Source of the DNA: a virus
DNA length: 64,000 nucleotides
Reading direction: 5' to 3' (one strand)
IMG/VR virus record: IMGVR_UViG_3300036857_000619
Span: 1-64,000 of that record
Shown here: positions 28,011-38,585 of the stretch, piece by piece
Layout of the letters: each line of letters starts with the position of its first letter
Position numbering within the stretch: position 1 is the first letter of the stretch
The notes under the pieces: generated by a model
What the model saw: only the letters and a program-made list of their open reading frames with translations
What the model was told of the DNA's origin: nothing
Database searches by the model: none
Position numbers and translations under genes: made by a program

Positions 28011-28531
28011 CCGAGACGACCACGGACCGCCTCGAGCAGATCGAGACGCGCTACGCCGTGACGTCGCAGGGGATGCTGATCCTGCCGCCCGGCGTCCGCG
28101 AGGACATCCAGTGGCTGGTGGCCGAGCTCAAGCGGCGCCGCGTCGAGAGCGAGCCGGGCGACCCGACGCCCATCCTCGAGATGCTTCGCGATCGCGTGAA
28201 AGAGCTTCAGGAGGCCGATGACCCGGACCCGATCACCCAACTGCTGATCCGCACCGACAAGTGGGAGAACGGTTACTTCTACTCGCTGGCGTCGGTTCTG
28301 GGCCGCACGCCCAAGGGCGAGCTGTGGTGGATTGAGACGGAGATGAGCGAGTGGGAGGCCGAGCTCGGCGAGGCGGTGTGCGACGGCCGGCTGTGGGACG
28401 AATCCGCGCTGGTGGTCACCTTCGATTGGGAGGCCGGCAGCGTCGAGTGGGACGACGAGCCCGATTGGGGCACGCTCAAAAGCTTCGAGGGGCAGCCGCA
28501 AGGCACGCTCACCACGGGGGAGGACTCGTGA
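28007..28531 (+). CDS. Acidic hypothetical protein (174 aa)
   Basis: ATGA overlap with the previous gene. Confidence 0.65.
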   Translation: MTETTTDRLEQIETRYAVTSQGMLILPPGVREDIQWLVAELKRRRVESEPGDPTPILEMLRDRVKELQEADDPDPITQLLIRTDKWENGYFYSLASVLGRTPKGELWWIETEMSEWEAELGEAVCDGRLWDESALVVTFDWEAGSVEWDDEPDWGTLKSFEGQPQGTLTTGEDS

Positions 28532-28712
28532 CAACGCAATCGTTACCGCCGCATCGTGAGCGGCAGATTGTCCACGTGGCGCAGGGCTGGGTCGCCGAAT
28601 GTGCCTGCCACTTCCAGACACGCGCGCTGGCGTCCGAGGACCTGGCGCGCGAGCAACTGGACGACCACATCGGCTATCTCACCACCGTCGGGCTCAACGA
28701 GGTGCCGCGGTC

Positions 28713-29186
28713 GTGAGCGTCTACTCGAAGATCCGCGCCCGCGTCGAGGACGACATCCGGCGGACCGGATGGCACGTCACAGGCGTATTTCCGAGCGAGG
28801 ACGGGGGCGTGCCGACGTACTTCGTCTACACGGCTGGTTTGTGGGGCACGCTGCAGCACCCCGAGCTGATCGTGTTCGGGCTGCGCCCTGAGGTCGCCCA
28901 CGGCATCTTCAGCGGCGTGCGCGAGCGCATCCTCAAGGGCGAGCGCTTCGAGGACGGCCAGTTCGCCGATCGCGTAGTGCGCAACTACCGCGTCTATTTC
29001 CACCGCGTGCGCAACGACGACGACATGTATCCGACGACGTCGGCCACCGCCTACTACGGGCATCGCGACTACGAGGTGCTGCAGATCGTGCTGCCCGACA
29101 TGCAGGACCGCTTCCCCTGGGATCCAGCGTGCGACGAGAAGATGCGCCTGACGCAGCAGCTGTTGGGCGCGATCAAGGAGCCATGA
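28713..29186 (+). CDS. DUF4262-family protein (157 aa)
   Basis: I...GWHV..V......F.YT.GL...HPELIVFGL and LQIVLPD..DRFPWD motifs. Confidence 0.75.
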   Translation: MSVYSKIRARVEDDIRRTGWHVTGVFPSEDGGVPTYFVYTAGLWGTLQHPELIVFGLRPEVAHGIFSGVRERILKGERFEDGQFADRVVRNYRVYFHRVRNDDDMYPTTSATAYYGHRDYEVLQIVLPDMQDRFPWDPACDEKMRLTQQLLGAIKEP

Positions 29187-30011
29187 GCACAGCGAGCGAT
29201 AGGCCAGGAGGTCCAAGCCAATGCGACCCGACTACGTCAGCTACGACGTGACGTTCGCGGTGTCATTCACCAGCCCGCAACAGCTGGCTGCATTCGACAA
29301 GGCGCTCGAGGACCTGCTCGCGAAAGCGAATGCCTTCGACATCGAGATCGAGTGCATCCCGATCGACAGCAAGGAGATCAAGTGACCGATAAGCCAGGCC
29401 ACCGCCTGCTCATCGTCGAACGGAGTGGGCCGCCGCGGCGCACGTTCTTCTCGGAATGCGCCTGCAGCTACACAGGCCCGGAGCGCACCCAGTACGCCCT
29501 GGCGCAGGACAACGGGCGCGAGCATCTCGCGTCGATTCCGACGCTCGACATCGCGTTCTTCGTTCGTGCCGGCTTCAGTGAGGACCAGGCCGCGGCGCTC
29601 GAACGAGCATTCACGGAGGTCAACCGCTAATGGCCCGTAGAGCAGCGCACGCCGAGGAAGATCGGCTGCGCGACGAGCAGGATCGCGCCGAGCGCGAAGC
29701 CGCAGAGGCCGAGGAGCGCGCCGCCCAAGCGGAAGCGAGCACGATCGAGATCGGCGAGGTCCGCACGCTGCCGATCGAAGCGGCGAGCTACGCCGGTGGC
29801 GTCGCGGCGTGGACCCGCGACCACCCGAACGACTGAGCGATGGTCAAGTACGACAAGCTGCGGATCAGTTACGAGTGCATGTACGGCCAGCACCACGGTT
29901 GCCAGGGCTACGACAACACGCGCACTGGCCGCCACTATCGGTGCCAGTGCGCGCATCACACGCCCACGCCGAAGCCAACACTGCCCGTGAAACGGAGGAA
30001 CTGACAGCGTC

Positions 30012-30842
30012 ATGACCCAAGTCTGGACAGACGGCCAACCCTGGACAGACGCGAATCCCTGGACGGACGAGTACCTCGAGCGTGAGCTCGCGAGCATGCA
30101 GCATCTGGCGCCCTACGACGACGGGCGCCTGGTGCTCATTCCCGACAAGCACCGGCCGTTCACCGACGGCCCGATCCGCTGCTACATGCGCAGCGACCTC
30201 GTCGAGTGGGGACCGTTCCCGCTACTCGGCGAGCGCAACCCCGCGCCGATGGACGACCTGGTGTGGATGTCCATCACGCCGATGGAGATCGAAAGCCAGT
30301 ACATGCCGATCGCGCTCGCCGAGGGGTGCGTCGGCATCGGCGGGCTCGGCCTGGGCTACGCGACGCAGCGCATCCTGTCGAAGCCGAACGTCGATCGCGT
30401 CACTGTCTTTGAGGTCAACCCGCGGATCATCGCGCTGTTCCAGCAGAACTTCCCGGAGCAGGCGGACGATCCGCGCCTGGAGATCTCCGAGCAGGATGTC
30501 GGCACAGTCCAGGGCAAGAGCTTCGACGTGTTCTTCAACGACGTGTACGCGCGCATGCTCGAGGACCTGACGTTCGAGCACTGGCGCGTGCTGATCGAGC
30601 GCAACGAGATCGGCGTCTACCACCCGTGGGGACTCGAGGCGATGCTGATGAGCTTTGTGCGCTACGACGCGAGGAACGATGTGCCCTTCGGGCTGCGCTA
30701 CACGTACTTCCCGTTCCTCAAGCAGCTGCTCGCGGCCATCACAGAGGGCCACGGCGCCTTCAGCGACGACTACATCCCGCCCCTGGAGCTGGCCCGCAAG
30801 GACGCGATCGCGCTCGGCTACGACGTGTGGCCCGTTGATTAG
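30012..30842 (+). CDS. Spermidine-synthase-like class I SAM-dependent transferase (276 aa)
   Basis: WMSITPMEIES, GIGGLGLGY (motif I), VTVFEVNP, FDVFFNDVY. Confidence 0.7.
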   Translation: MTQVWTDGQPWTDANPWTDEYLERELASMQHLAPYDDGRLVLIPDKHRPFTDGPIRCYMRSDLVEWGPFPLLGERNPAPMDDLVWMSITPMEIESQYMPIALAEGCVGIGGLGLGYATQRILSKPNVDRVTVFEVNPRIIALFQQNFPEQADDPRLEISEQDVGTVQGKSFDVFFNDVYARMLEDLTFEHWRVLIERNEIGVYHPWGLEAMLMSFVRYDARNDVPFGLRYTYFPFLKQLLAAITEGHGAFSDDYIPPLELARKDAIALGYDVWPVD

Positions 30843-30848
30843 GCGATG

Positions 30849-30878
30849 CAATTGGGTTACGATGTGCTATCATTTCTG
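30849..30878 (+). promoter_or_regulatory. Promoter family copy 9
   Basis: ATTGGGTTACGATGTGC-TATCAT-TTTCT. Confidence 0.7.
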
Positions 30879-30892
30879 CATGGAGTTTCTCG

Positions 30893-32013
30893 ATGACCAC
30901 CACCGATGACTACGTGAGCTACGAGCCGAACGAGGACGGCGGCGTGAACGTGTACGTCGACGATCGCCACGCGGGCAGCTACGACCGCGGCCAGTACCAG
31001 GCCGGCCGCTACGTGGACGACGCGCCTGGTTTCACGCTCAGCTACGGCCCCGAGTGGGCGCAGCGCCACTGGGAGCCCGATGAAGGCTCCATGCGCTCGT
31101 GGATCGAAGCCCACGCCGACGACGTCAACGAAACCGAGGACTGAGGTGACAGACAACACCCTTATCCACGCCGAGAGCCCGCATTGGCACGGACGCGAGC
31201 AGTGCACTATCAACCACGGCGCGACGTTCGTGGCGCGTGACGAGGCCGCGCGCGAGCAGTTGCCGTCCGCGTTCGCCGAATTGAAGGAGGCCGAAGCCGC
31301 GCTCGCCGCGGCCACGCAACGTGTGGATACCGCCCAGGCACAGCTCAGGGAATTGCTGCGCGACGTGATCAAGGACCACCGAAAGGCGGGCGAGATCGGC
31401 GTCACGACGATGGCCAGCGGCGCGGTGGTCTGCTGGATCCCCGAAAACCTGGGCGTGTGACAGCTAGTCTGTCGCGCCCACGACGCGCCCGCTTCAGGCG
31501 TCGGCCGACCAAAACGGAGGTCGCCGAATTGCTCGACGGCGTGCGCGCGCTCTACCCGCGCATCCGGGCGCTTCGCGATTACGAGCGCAACGCCCGCGAC
31601 TCCGAATGGGCCGACCTGGGCGACCAGTTCTCCACGTTCGCCATGTTCGCCGACAGCGACGCGCGCAGTCTCATGCTGCGCCTCGAGCAGGCGCTGGTGG
31701 AAGCGCGATGAGCGATCCCACCGATCGCAAGTCGCTGCCCAGAGGCGCCTGCGGCTTCCACCGCAGCGACGGCTCGTACTGCACCAAACCGCAGGAGTTC
31801 AAGCTGATCTTCTTTCACTTCTCCGAGGGCACGGCCCCCGAGACCCGTCACCGCATCACCGTGTGTCGCCAGCACCTGGGGCGCACCGTGTTCCGCGTCG
31901 CCACCCGCTACAAGGCGGACAAGATCACCATCTTCCCGCGCACCGCGCCCGAGACCGCCGAGGAGGCGGGCGCCGAGCCCGCGGACGAGCTGCTGGAGGA
32001 AGCCGAGGCGTGA
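30893..32013 (+). other. Hypothetical ORF cluster (30893..31144, about 31146..31460, 31457..31711, 31708..32013)
   Basis: Coupled junctions after a promoter. Confidence 0.6.
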
Positions 32014-32543
32014 CTCTCCCGCGCTGGACGCCGTTCGTGCGCGGCACCCGGCCGCGCCAGACGCTCGTCGAGAGGATCGAGTTCATCGAGAAGGTCGCGC
32101 GCGACTTCGGCGTGAGCGTCGAGCAGGCGCGCACCATGATGGACGACATTGACGCCAACGAGGACGTGTGGGTCAACAGCCGCTATCAGGTCAACGTCCG
32201 CCGTACCCCACCGCCCAACGAGACGACCGGCCCTGGCTGGCCGGACATGATCCACCTGTCGATCAAGCGTCATGACCGGGCGCCCATCGGACCCGAGCGG
32301 TACAGGGACTTCATGCTCATTCGCGACGAGCTGGTCGGCCCGAAGCACGAAGCCGTCGAGCTCTATCCGCGCCGATCGCGCGAGGTCGACTCCAGCAACC
32401 AGTACCACCTGTGGGTACTAGCGGACGACAGCATCAATTTCCCGTTCGGCTTCCGCGACGGCCGCCACGTGCGCGACCTGCCGAACGGCGTGGGCAGCGC
32501 TGGCGCACGCCAGAACCCGTTCGAGGAGCACCACCCCCGATGA
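32010..32543 (+). CDS. Conserved phage hypothetical protein (DUF7694-like), 177 aa
   Basis: HLSIKRHD..PI...RD...IRDELVG...EAVELYP.....VD..NQYHLWV. Confidence 0.55.
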   Translation: MTLPRWTPFVRGTRPRQTLVERIEFIEKVARDFGVSVEQARTMMDDIDANEDVWVNSRYQVNVRRTPPPNETTGPGWPDMIHLSIKRHDRAPIGPERYRDFMLIRDELVGPKHEAVELYPRRSREVDSSNQYHLWVLADDSINFPFGFRDGRHVRDLPNGVGSAGARQNPFEEHHPR

Positions 32544-32761
32544 CCAGCACCAATCTGCACCGCTACGTGGTGCAGGAACGCCACCCGCGTACCGAGCCGC
32601 GCTCGTGTTATCGCGACAACTGCGAGAGCGCCGCGACCTACGACGTCGCGCTCGATCTGATCACCCTCTCGGGCGGCACCAGCGCCGGCCCCAGGACGCC
32701 GCTGTGCTTTCCGCACGCGGTCGAATGGCTCAGCTTTTCCTTGTAGGAGTTTCATCCACCT

Positions 32762-33784
32762 ATGACCGACAGCAGCCCCACGTCCGCCAACCGCGTGGTG
32801 GCCAGCGACGAACAGGGCGACGACGCCGACGCGATCTCCAGCGCGCTGCGTCCTCGCGACCTCGAAGAGTTTGTCGGGCAGCCCGAGCTTCGCGAGCAGC
32901 TCGGCATCGCCCTGGAAGCTGCCCGCCGCCGTGACGAGCCGCTCGAGCACGTGCTGCTCAAGGGCCCGCCTGGGCTCGGCAAGACCACGCTCAGCAACAT
33001 CATCGCCAAGAGCATGCGCGGCAACCTGGTGACCACCTCGGGCCCGGCGCTCGAGCGTACCGCCGACCTGATGGGCATGCTCACCGGCCTGCAGCGCGGC
33101 GACGTGCTGTTCATCGACGAGATCCACCGCCTGCCGCGGCCGGTCGAGGAGTACCTGTACCCGGCCATGGAGGACGGCCGGGTCGACTTCGTGCTCGACA
33201 AGGGCCCGTTCGCACGTTCGGTGCAGATCAACCTGGAGCAGTTCACGCTGGTCGGCGCCACCACGCGCGCGGGCATGCTCTCCTCGCCGCTGCGCGACCG
33301 CTTCGGGCTGCTGTTTGACCTGGAGTTCTATTCCAGCGCTGACCTGATGCTGATCGTGCGCCGCTCGGCCGGGCTGCTCGGCGTGCGCATCGAACCCGAG
33401 GCGGCGGCCGAGATCGGCAACCGCTCGCGGGGCACGCCGCGGATCGCCAACCGGCTGCTGCGCCGCGTGCGCGACTACGCCGTGGTCAAGGATCGGGTCA
33501 CGGTCGATCGCGCCACGGTTAACGACGCGCTGGCCGTCGCGGGCGTGGACGCCAGGGGCCTTGACCGGCTGGACCGCCGCTATCTGGAGACACTGTGCGA
33601 CGCGTACCAGGGCGGACCGGCTGGCGTGCAGGCGATCGCCTCGAGCATGCAGCAGGAGGTCGAGACGCTCGAAGAGATGGTCGAGCCGTTCCTGCTGTAC
33701 GCCGGCTTCCTGCTGCGGACGCCCCAGGGGCGTCGGGCCAGCCCGAAAGCCTTCGCTCATCTCCAGCGCGCTGTCGCTGCGTAA
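32762..33784 (+). CDS. ruvB: Holliday junction branch-migration ATPase RuvB (340 aa)
   Basis: LRP..LEEFVGQ, GPPGLGKTTL, TSGPALE, FIDEIHRL, GATTRAG, RGTPRIANRLLRRVRD, EPFL...G...RTPQGR. Confidence 0.97.
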   Translation: MTDSSPTSANRVVASDEQGDDADAISSALRPRDLEEFVGQPELREQLGIALEAARRRDEPLEHVLLKGPPGLGKTTLSNIIAKSMRGNLVTTSGPALERTADLMGMLTGLQRGDVLFIDEIHRLPRPVEEYLYPAMEDGRVDFVLDKGPFARSVQINLEQFTLVGATTRAGMLSSPLRDRFGLLFDLEFYSSADLMLIVRRSAGLLGVRIEPEAAAEIGNRSRGTPRIANRLLRRVRDYAVVKDRVTVDRATVNDALAVAGVDARGLDRLDRRYLETLCDAYQGGPAGVQAIASSMQQEVETLEEMVEPFLLYAGFLLRTPQGRRASPKAFAHLQRAVAA

Positions 33785-33810
33785 GCCCCATCACACCCGA
33801 GGAGAACCGC

Positions 33811-35102
33811 ATGACCGCCTACCCGTATGGCTTCCGCGAGCAGCCCATGTGCAACTGTGGGCAGCTGTTCAACACCACCCAGGCCCTCAACAGCCACATC
33901 ACCGAGCTGATCGACGACGTGCAGCAGTGGCCGAATGGCAACCGTGGCCACGGCAATTTCACCCAGAAGATCGCCATCACCGAGCGCGAGCACGAGCAGG
34001 AGCAGCTCGAGCTCGAGCGGCTGCAGGACCAGCGCCTGCGCAGCACGCCCGGTGTGCGCGGGAGGAAGCCGTCATGACCGAGGTCGCCACCGCGCTGCGC
34101 GACATCGAGCAGGCCCTCATCCTCCTCGCCCACCACGTGAGCCGTGTCGCCATCCTCGACTACGACGCCCGCGACGAGCTCGACCGAGCGCTGAACGACG
34201 TGTCCAGCAGCGTGCGCGCCGTGCGCGAGGAGGTGCGGCCATGAGCCCACGCCGATCGTCCAACACACCGCACAAGAACTGGGTCCCTGCCGACCAGGAA
34301 GACCCGGTCGTTAAGGTCGAAGAGAACGAGACGATCTACTACCCGGAGTCGCAGCACAGCGGGCGCTCGTTCGCCCGACCGAAGTGCGACCTGAACGAGG
34401 GTCGCTGGTACTGCGCCACGCATCGCGAGCGCTTCGACAACCAGATGCAGAAAGACATCCACATCGAGCAGCACAAGCACCGCCTGGCGTGGCTGTGTTT
34501 CGAGCACGGCTTCGAGGTGCCCTGAGACGATGACCGGCCGCGATCAGAGCGAGCTTCTGCGTCGACGTGAGCTCGACAACGACGCCATGACCCTGCTCGG
34601 CCGCGTCTGGTACGCGCTGCACGCCGCGGGCCGCTCTGATAAGGAGATCGGCGACTGGCTCGCGCTCAAGGGCCGCAACATCGCCGACGGGCGTATCCCG
34701 CTGCTGTGGATCGCCGAAAACGAGCCCGAAGGTCAGTGACGCGTCATGACCAACGTCGTCGCCTTTCCTGGCGCCGAATCCCCCGTCCAGTTTCCGAGCC
34801 GCTCGCCGACGGCGGGCTGCCAGTGGCTGAGCGCCACCGATCCGCCGCGGCGCTGTCCGCGGCGGGCGTTCTACGCGCTCGAGGTGCGCGAGCTGCCGAA
34901 TCAGCCCGAGGTGCTGTGCGCGCTGCACCTGGACCTGGCGCTGCAGCAGGCGGTCGTCGCGCCGGGCGAGATGCAGATCAGCCCGCTGGTGATCGACCGC
35001 TCGAGCTGGCTGGTCGGCCGCTGGGCCTGGCGGCTGAAAGAGAAACGGCGGCTGCTGGAGATGCTCGCGGCCGTCGGCATTGAGGAGCAAAGGAGTGCCT
35101 GA
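33811..35102 (+). other. Short hypothetical ORFs (33811..34077, 34074..34244, 34241..34525, 34530..34739, 34746..35102)
   Basis: Coupled junctions and GC3 bias. Confidence 0.6.
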
Positions 35103-35642
35103 GTGAGCCCTTCCCGACGCGAGTTCCTACTGAGTGTCGGCGCGGCTGGCGCCATCTACGTCGTCCTGCCGTCGGGTGTCGCGACCGCGGCGGCGACGGC
35201 AGCAACGTCCGTCCCGCCGCCACTGCTCGATCGTCACGGGCTGCCGCCCTGCACGCGACTGGAGCAGCTGCGCTGCGCCGAGTGCGGCCAGCTGATCGGC
35301 GAGGCGCTGATCGACTTCGCGTACAGCTCGGGCGCGTCGTTGGTCGTATGCCGCGACTGCTATCGCAGCATGGAGAAGGACCTCGAGGAGGCCGAGGCCG
35401 ACCAGCACCTCGCCAACGACGACCTCGAGCGCGAGGATCTGCAGGACGAGCTGGACGAGCTGCAGGAAAAGCACGAGAGGCTCAGAGCAAAGCACACGTC
35501 GCTGCAGGGCGCCTATGACCGGCTGCGCTGGCAGCTGCGCGATGTCGAGCTGGACCTGCGCAACCGCGAGCCGGGCCTTGCGCGCGCTGTCGAGCGGCTG
35601 CGCGAAGGGCTCGAGGATGTCGCGCTGCCACTGGAAGCATAG
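35103..35642 (+). CDS. Protein with Tat-like signal, Zn ribbon and coiled coil (179 aa)
   Basis: MSPSRREFLLSVGAAGAIYVVLP; CAEC...CRDC; heptad-rich C-terminus. Confidence 0.55.
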   Translation: MSPSRREFLLSVGAAGAIYVVLPSGVATAAATAATSVPPPLLDRHGLPPCTRLEQLRCAECGQLIGEALIDFAYSSGASLVVCRDCYRSMEKDLEEAEADQHLANDDLEREDLQDELDELQEKHERLRAKHTSLQGAYDRLRWQLRDVELDLRNREPGLARAVERLREGLEDVALPLEA

Positions 35643-35905
35643 GTCATTCGGGCTAGCCCACTTGACCGGTATCGAGCGACCCTTGCCGGATGCGTTAGCC
35701 TTCGACGTTATGCAGTCGCCTCGGCGTGTCCGACGGGTGTGGACGGCCAACCCCGCACCTCTCGGCGCATCCACGCCGCGCTGCATCCCACCGCCGAGCA
35801 ACCGTAATCGACGTGGGCGCGCGCGCTGCGCTGGCGGGGGAGCTGTGGGCCGCCGCGCTAACTGTCCGATCGGGTTGGCCGACCTTTGGCCCCGGAGGTC
35901 GCCCT

Positions 35906-36568
35906 ATGCAGTGCCTCGGCACGCACCTGGAGGCGGAGCTCGAACGCACCGACCCACGCGAACTCACCGATCTTCCTGACGACAGCGAACTCGAAGAAGA
36001 CGGCTACCCGAGCCTCTACGTCGGGCCGGCGCTGCGCATGTTGCGCATGCGGGCGGGGGTGCGCCAGAGCGAGATCGCGCGGCATCTCGGCGTCGACTCG
36101 TCGATCCCCTCGCGCTGGGAGGGCTTCGATTCGACGCACAACGGCCAGACGACGCGCTACAAACCGGTGCCTGGCAAATACTTCGAGCCGCTGGCCAGCC
36201 TGCTGCGCTGCTCAGTCGGCGACCTCGCGCCCGAGCTGCTCGAGCAGAGCAACGGGACGACGACGAGCTGCGCGTTCATGGCGACGACCACGGCGAATGG
36301 GCTGGCACACGGCCAAACCATTGCGACGATTTCGGGCTACATGGTCGGCGGGGCGATGACAACGACCCCGAGCCCGGTGCCTGGCATGCCACCCGAGGAC
36401 CTTCGGGCGCTCGGCATGTGGCGGCGTTGGTGCCCGAAGTGCAAGAAGGTGTTTCTCGAAAGCGCCGACGTCAGGGCGCCGTACGTGTGCGACGTGTGCG
36501 AGGCGCCCGTTCGAGCGCACGTCACCGTGACGTCTCCGACGTCTCCGACGTCACCCGAAAGCTCATAG
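35906..36568 (+). CDS. XRE-family HTH regulator with C-terminal Zn ribbon (220 aa)
   Basis: LRMLRMRAGVRQSEIARHLGVDSSIPSRWE; CPKC...CDVC; GGAGG SD. Confidence 0.7.
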   Translation: MQCLGTHLEAELERTDPRELTDLPDDSELEEDGYPSLYVGPALRMLRMRAGVRQSEIARHLGVDSSIPSRWEGFDSTHNGQTTRYKPVPGKYFEPLASLLRCSVGDLAPELLEQSNGTTTSCAFMATTTANGLAHGQTIATISGYMVGGAMTTTPSPVPGMPPEDLRALGMWRRWCPKCKKVFLESADVRAPYVCDVCEAPVRAHVTVTSPTSPTSPESS

Positions 36569-36687
36569 CACCGTACGCGGGCGCATGGCCTGCAGAGTTC
36601 ATAACGTCGCGCGCGGCTACATGACGTCGGACGAACGTCTGCCGCGTGTGATTCCCGGTCTCTGAGTGAGATCGTGCTGCCTCAAAG

Positions 36688-36714
36688 ATTGCTTGTGAAT
36701 ATGCTATAGTTTCT
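36688..36714 (+). promoter_or_regulatory. Promoter family copy 10 (leaderless gene follows)
   Basis: ATTGCTTGTGAATATGC-TATAGT-TTCT; ATG 8 nt after the -10. Confidence 0.7.
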
Positions 36715-36718
36715 TTCG

Positions 36719-37096
36719 ATGGCCAACCATACCCCACCCCATCCCGATGTCATCTTGCCGCCCCGTGGCGTGTGTGATTTCTGTTCCGACGGGTCTCCCG
36801 CGTGGGCGTACCCCGCGACGTCGTTCACCCTGCCCGGTCCCGACGGGCGCCTGTACACGTCCGCGGGCGCGTGGGCCGCGTGCGACGCGTGCTCCGCGCT
36901 CATCGAGCGCGACGATCGCCGCGCCCTGTTCGATCGCTATCTCGCCGATAAGCCCGCCCACGTCCGCCCGTTCCTGCGGCCATGGGGCACGGCGCTCCAC
37001 GAGCGTTTCTTCGCTCATCGCACCGGCCCGTGCGTGCCGACTACGCCGCAGTACGGCTTCACTCCACAACCCCAGGAAGGGCGAGCATCTCATTGA
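36719..37096 (+). CDS. CxxC protein (125 aa), paralog of 41599..42030
   Basis: CDFC...GAWAACDAC..LIE.D....L.DR. Confidence 0.7.
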   Translation: MANHTPPHPDVILPPRGVCDFCSDGSPAWAYPATSFTLPGPDGRLYTSAGAWAACDACSALIERDDRRALFDRYLADKPAHVRPFLRPWGTALHERFFAHRTGPCVPTTPQYGFTPQPQEGRASH

Positions 37097-37130
37097 CCGC
37101 GAATAGTTGCAGAGGCGATAGAATTTCGCC

Positions 37131-37790
37131 GTGAACTGGACCCAGGACCGGCTCCAGCAGCTGGCCAATTGCTGCTGGGGCGAGGTCACGCGCTTCCTCA
37201 AGCCGGACTCGTGCGTGCTGGCCACGCGCGTGTTCGTGGACGCGCTCAACGCGCTCGGCGAACAGGGCGCCGACGGCATGGTCGCCCTGGCCATCGTCAT
37301 GAGCCCGAACGCCGCCGAGCACAGCCTCGAGCATGGCTGTAACCAGCGCATCACGGAATGCCCCGAGCGAGGCGATCGCGCCGTCGCCATCCTGGGCTGG
37401 GAGCCCAACGCGCCAGCGCGTGGCTTCACCGAAGTCTGGTCCGGGCACCTCGTGGCCGTCGTCCGCCGCCAGTGGCTGGTCGATCTGAGCCTACCCCAGG
37501 TGCATCGCCCCGAGCTCGGGCTGGTCATCGACAGCCCGCTGGTGGTCGAGCTGCCACGCGACTTCTTCAAGGGCGGCAAGAGCGCCGATCTGCACGAGGA
37601 CAGCGGTATGCGGCTGCTCTACACCGCCATGCCCAACGCCAGGGCCGACTGGCGGCAGAGTCCCGATTGGGCGTGGGGCTCGCAGGTCCGCCGCGAGCTC
37701 GGGCTCGGCACGCTGGCGCGCTTCCGGGGCCAGGACTATCACTACCCGGACTCGCTGCTGCGCATCTTCGCGTTCACGGGGAAGATCTGA
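37131..37790 (+). CDS. Hypothetical protein, possible Cys-His-Asp papain/transglutaminase-like fold (219 aa)
   Basis: DSCVLAT...SGHLVAVV....LVDLS; TAGAAT lies 6 nt before the GTG. Confidence 0.45.
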   Translation: MNWTQDRLQQLANCCWGEVTRFLKPDSCVLATRVFVDALNALGEQGADGMVALAIVMSPNAAEHSLEHGCNQRITECPERGDRAVAILGWEPNAPARGFTEVWSGHLVAVVRRQWLVDLSLPQVHRPELGLVIDSPLVVELPRDFFKGGKSADLHEDSGMRLLYTAMPNARADWRQSPDWAWGSQVRRELGLGTLARFRGQDYHYPDSLLRIFAFTGKI

Positions 37791-38419
37791 TGGCCGAGGA
37801 CGTCGAACTCTTTCGCGTCCAGGCGATGCGCTTCAACGGCCCATCCGCCACCAAGGGCGGCTGGTCCGACAAGGTATGGGCCGGCGTCATGCTCAAGCGG
37901 GTCGGTCCGGCCACCAGCACGTTGCCACGTGGCGAAGCGTGGCGCTTCGTCCCCGTGTGGGGACCGACCGGCGGCACGCTGCAGCACAAGCCCCAGCCGT
38001 GGACAAGCGCGACCGAGGCGACCAGGCGCTACGAGGACGAGCTGCGCAAAAAACAGCTCGAGGGCTACCAGCCGATCGAATGGCGCAACACCGTCAACAT
38101 GCAGCCGTTCATCGACGACTTGCCGAGGCGCATGGCCGACCCCGTCACGAGCGGCGACACCGCGCGCAAGGCGTGGCAGACCCGCAAGAACAATGAGCCG
38201 CTGCGCACCGCCGAAGGCGAGCGGGCCGCACGCGTGCTTGGCGACGGGCCGCTGGCCAGGGACATCGACGCCGCCGCGGCCCGCGACTCGGCCGCCTTCA
38301 AAGCCGCCAACGATGCCCTGCGCGACATCCAGTTGGACGTGCCGCCCCGGCCGAAACCAGCCGAAGAGCCGCCGGCCAGGGGCATGCGCAGCGTGCGGCG
38401 CGACATGAAACTCGAATGA
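37790..38419 (+). CDS. WGR-domain protein (209 aa)
   Basis: SDKVW...VWGPTGG.LQ.K......EA...L.KK..EGY pattern. Confidence 0.6.
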   Translation: MAEDVELFRVQAMRFNGPSATKGGWSDKVWAGVMLKRVGPATSTLPRGEAWRFVPVWGPTGGTLQHKPQPWTSATEATRRYEDELRKKQLEGYQPIEWRNTVNMQPFIDDLPRRMADPVTSGDTARKAWQTRKNNEPLRTAEGERAARVLGDGPLARDIDAAAARDSAAFKAANDALRDIQLDVPPRPKPAEEPPARGMRSVRRDMKLE

Positions 38420-38585
38420 GCCGCGACCACATCCTGGTGCACGATCGCGACATGAGCGTGCACTGCACGATCTGCGGCGACCGCATGCGCCTGGACTTGC
38501 CGGTCCATATCGACGTGTGGCTCGCCGCCGCGCAGAAGTTCACCGAGCTGCACGCCGGCTGCGCACCCAGGACGGAGGCGACGTC

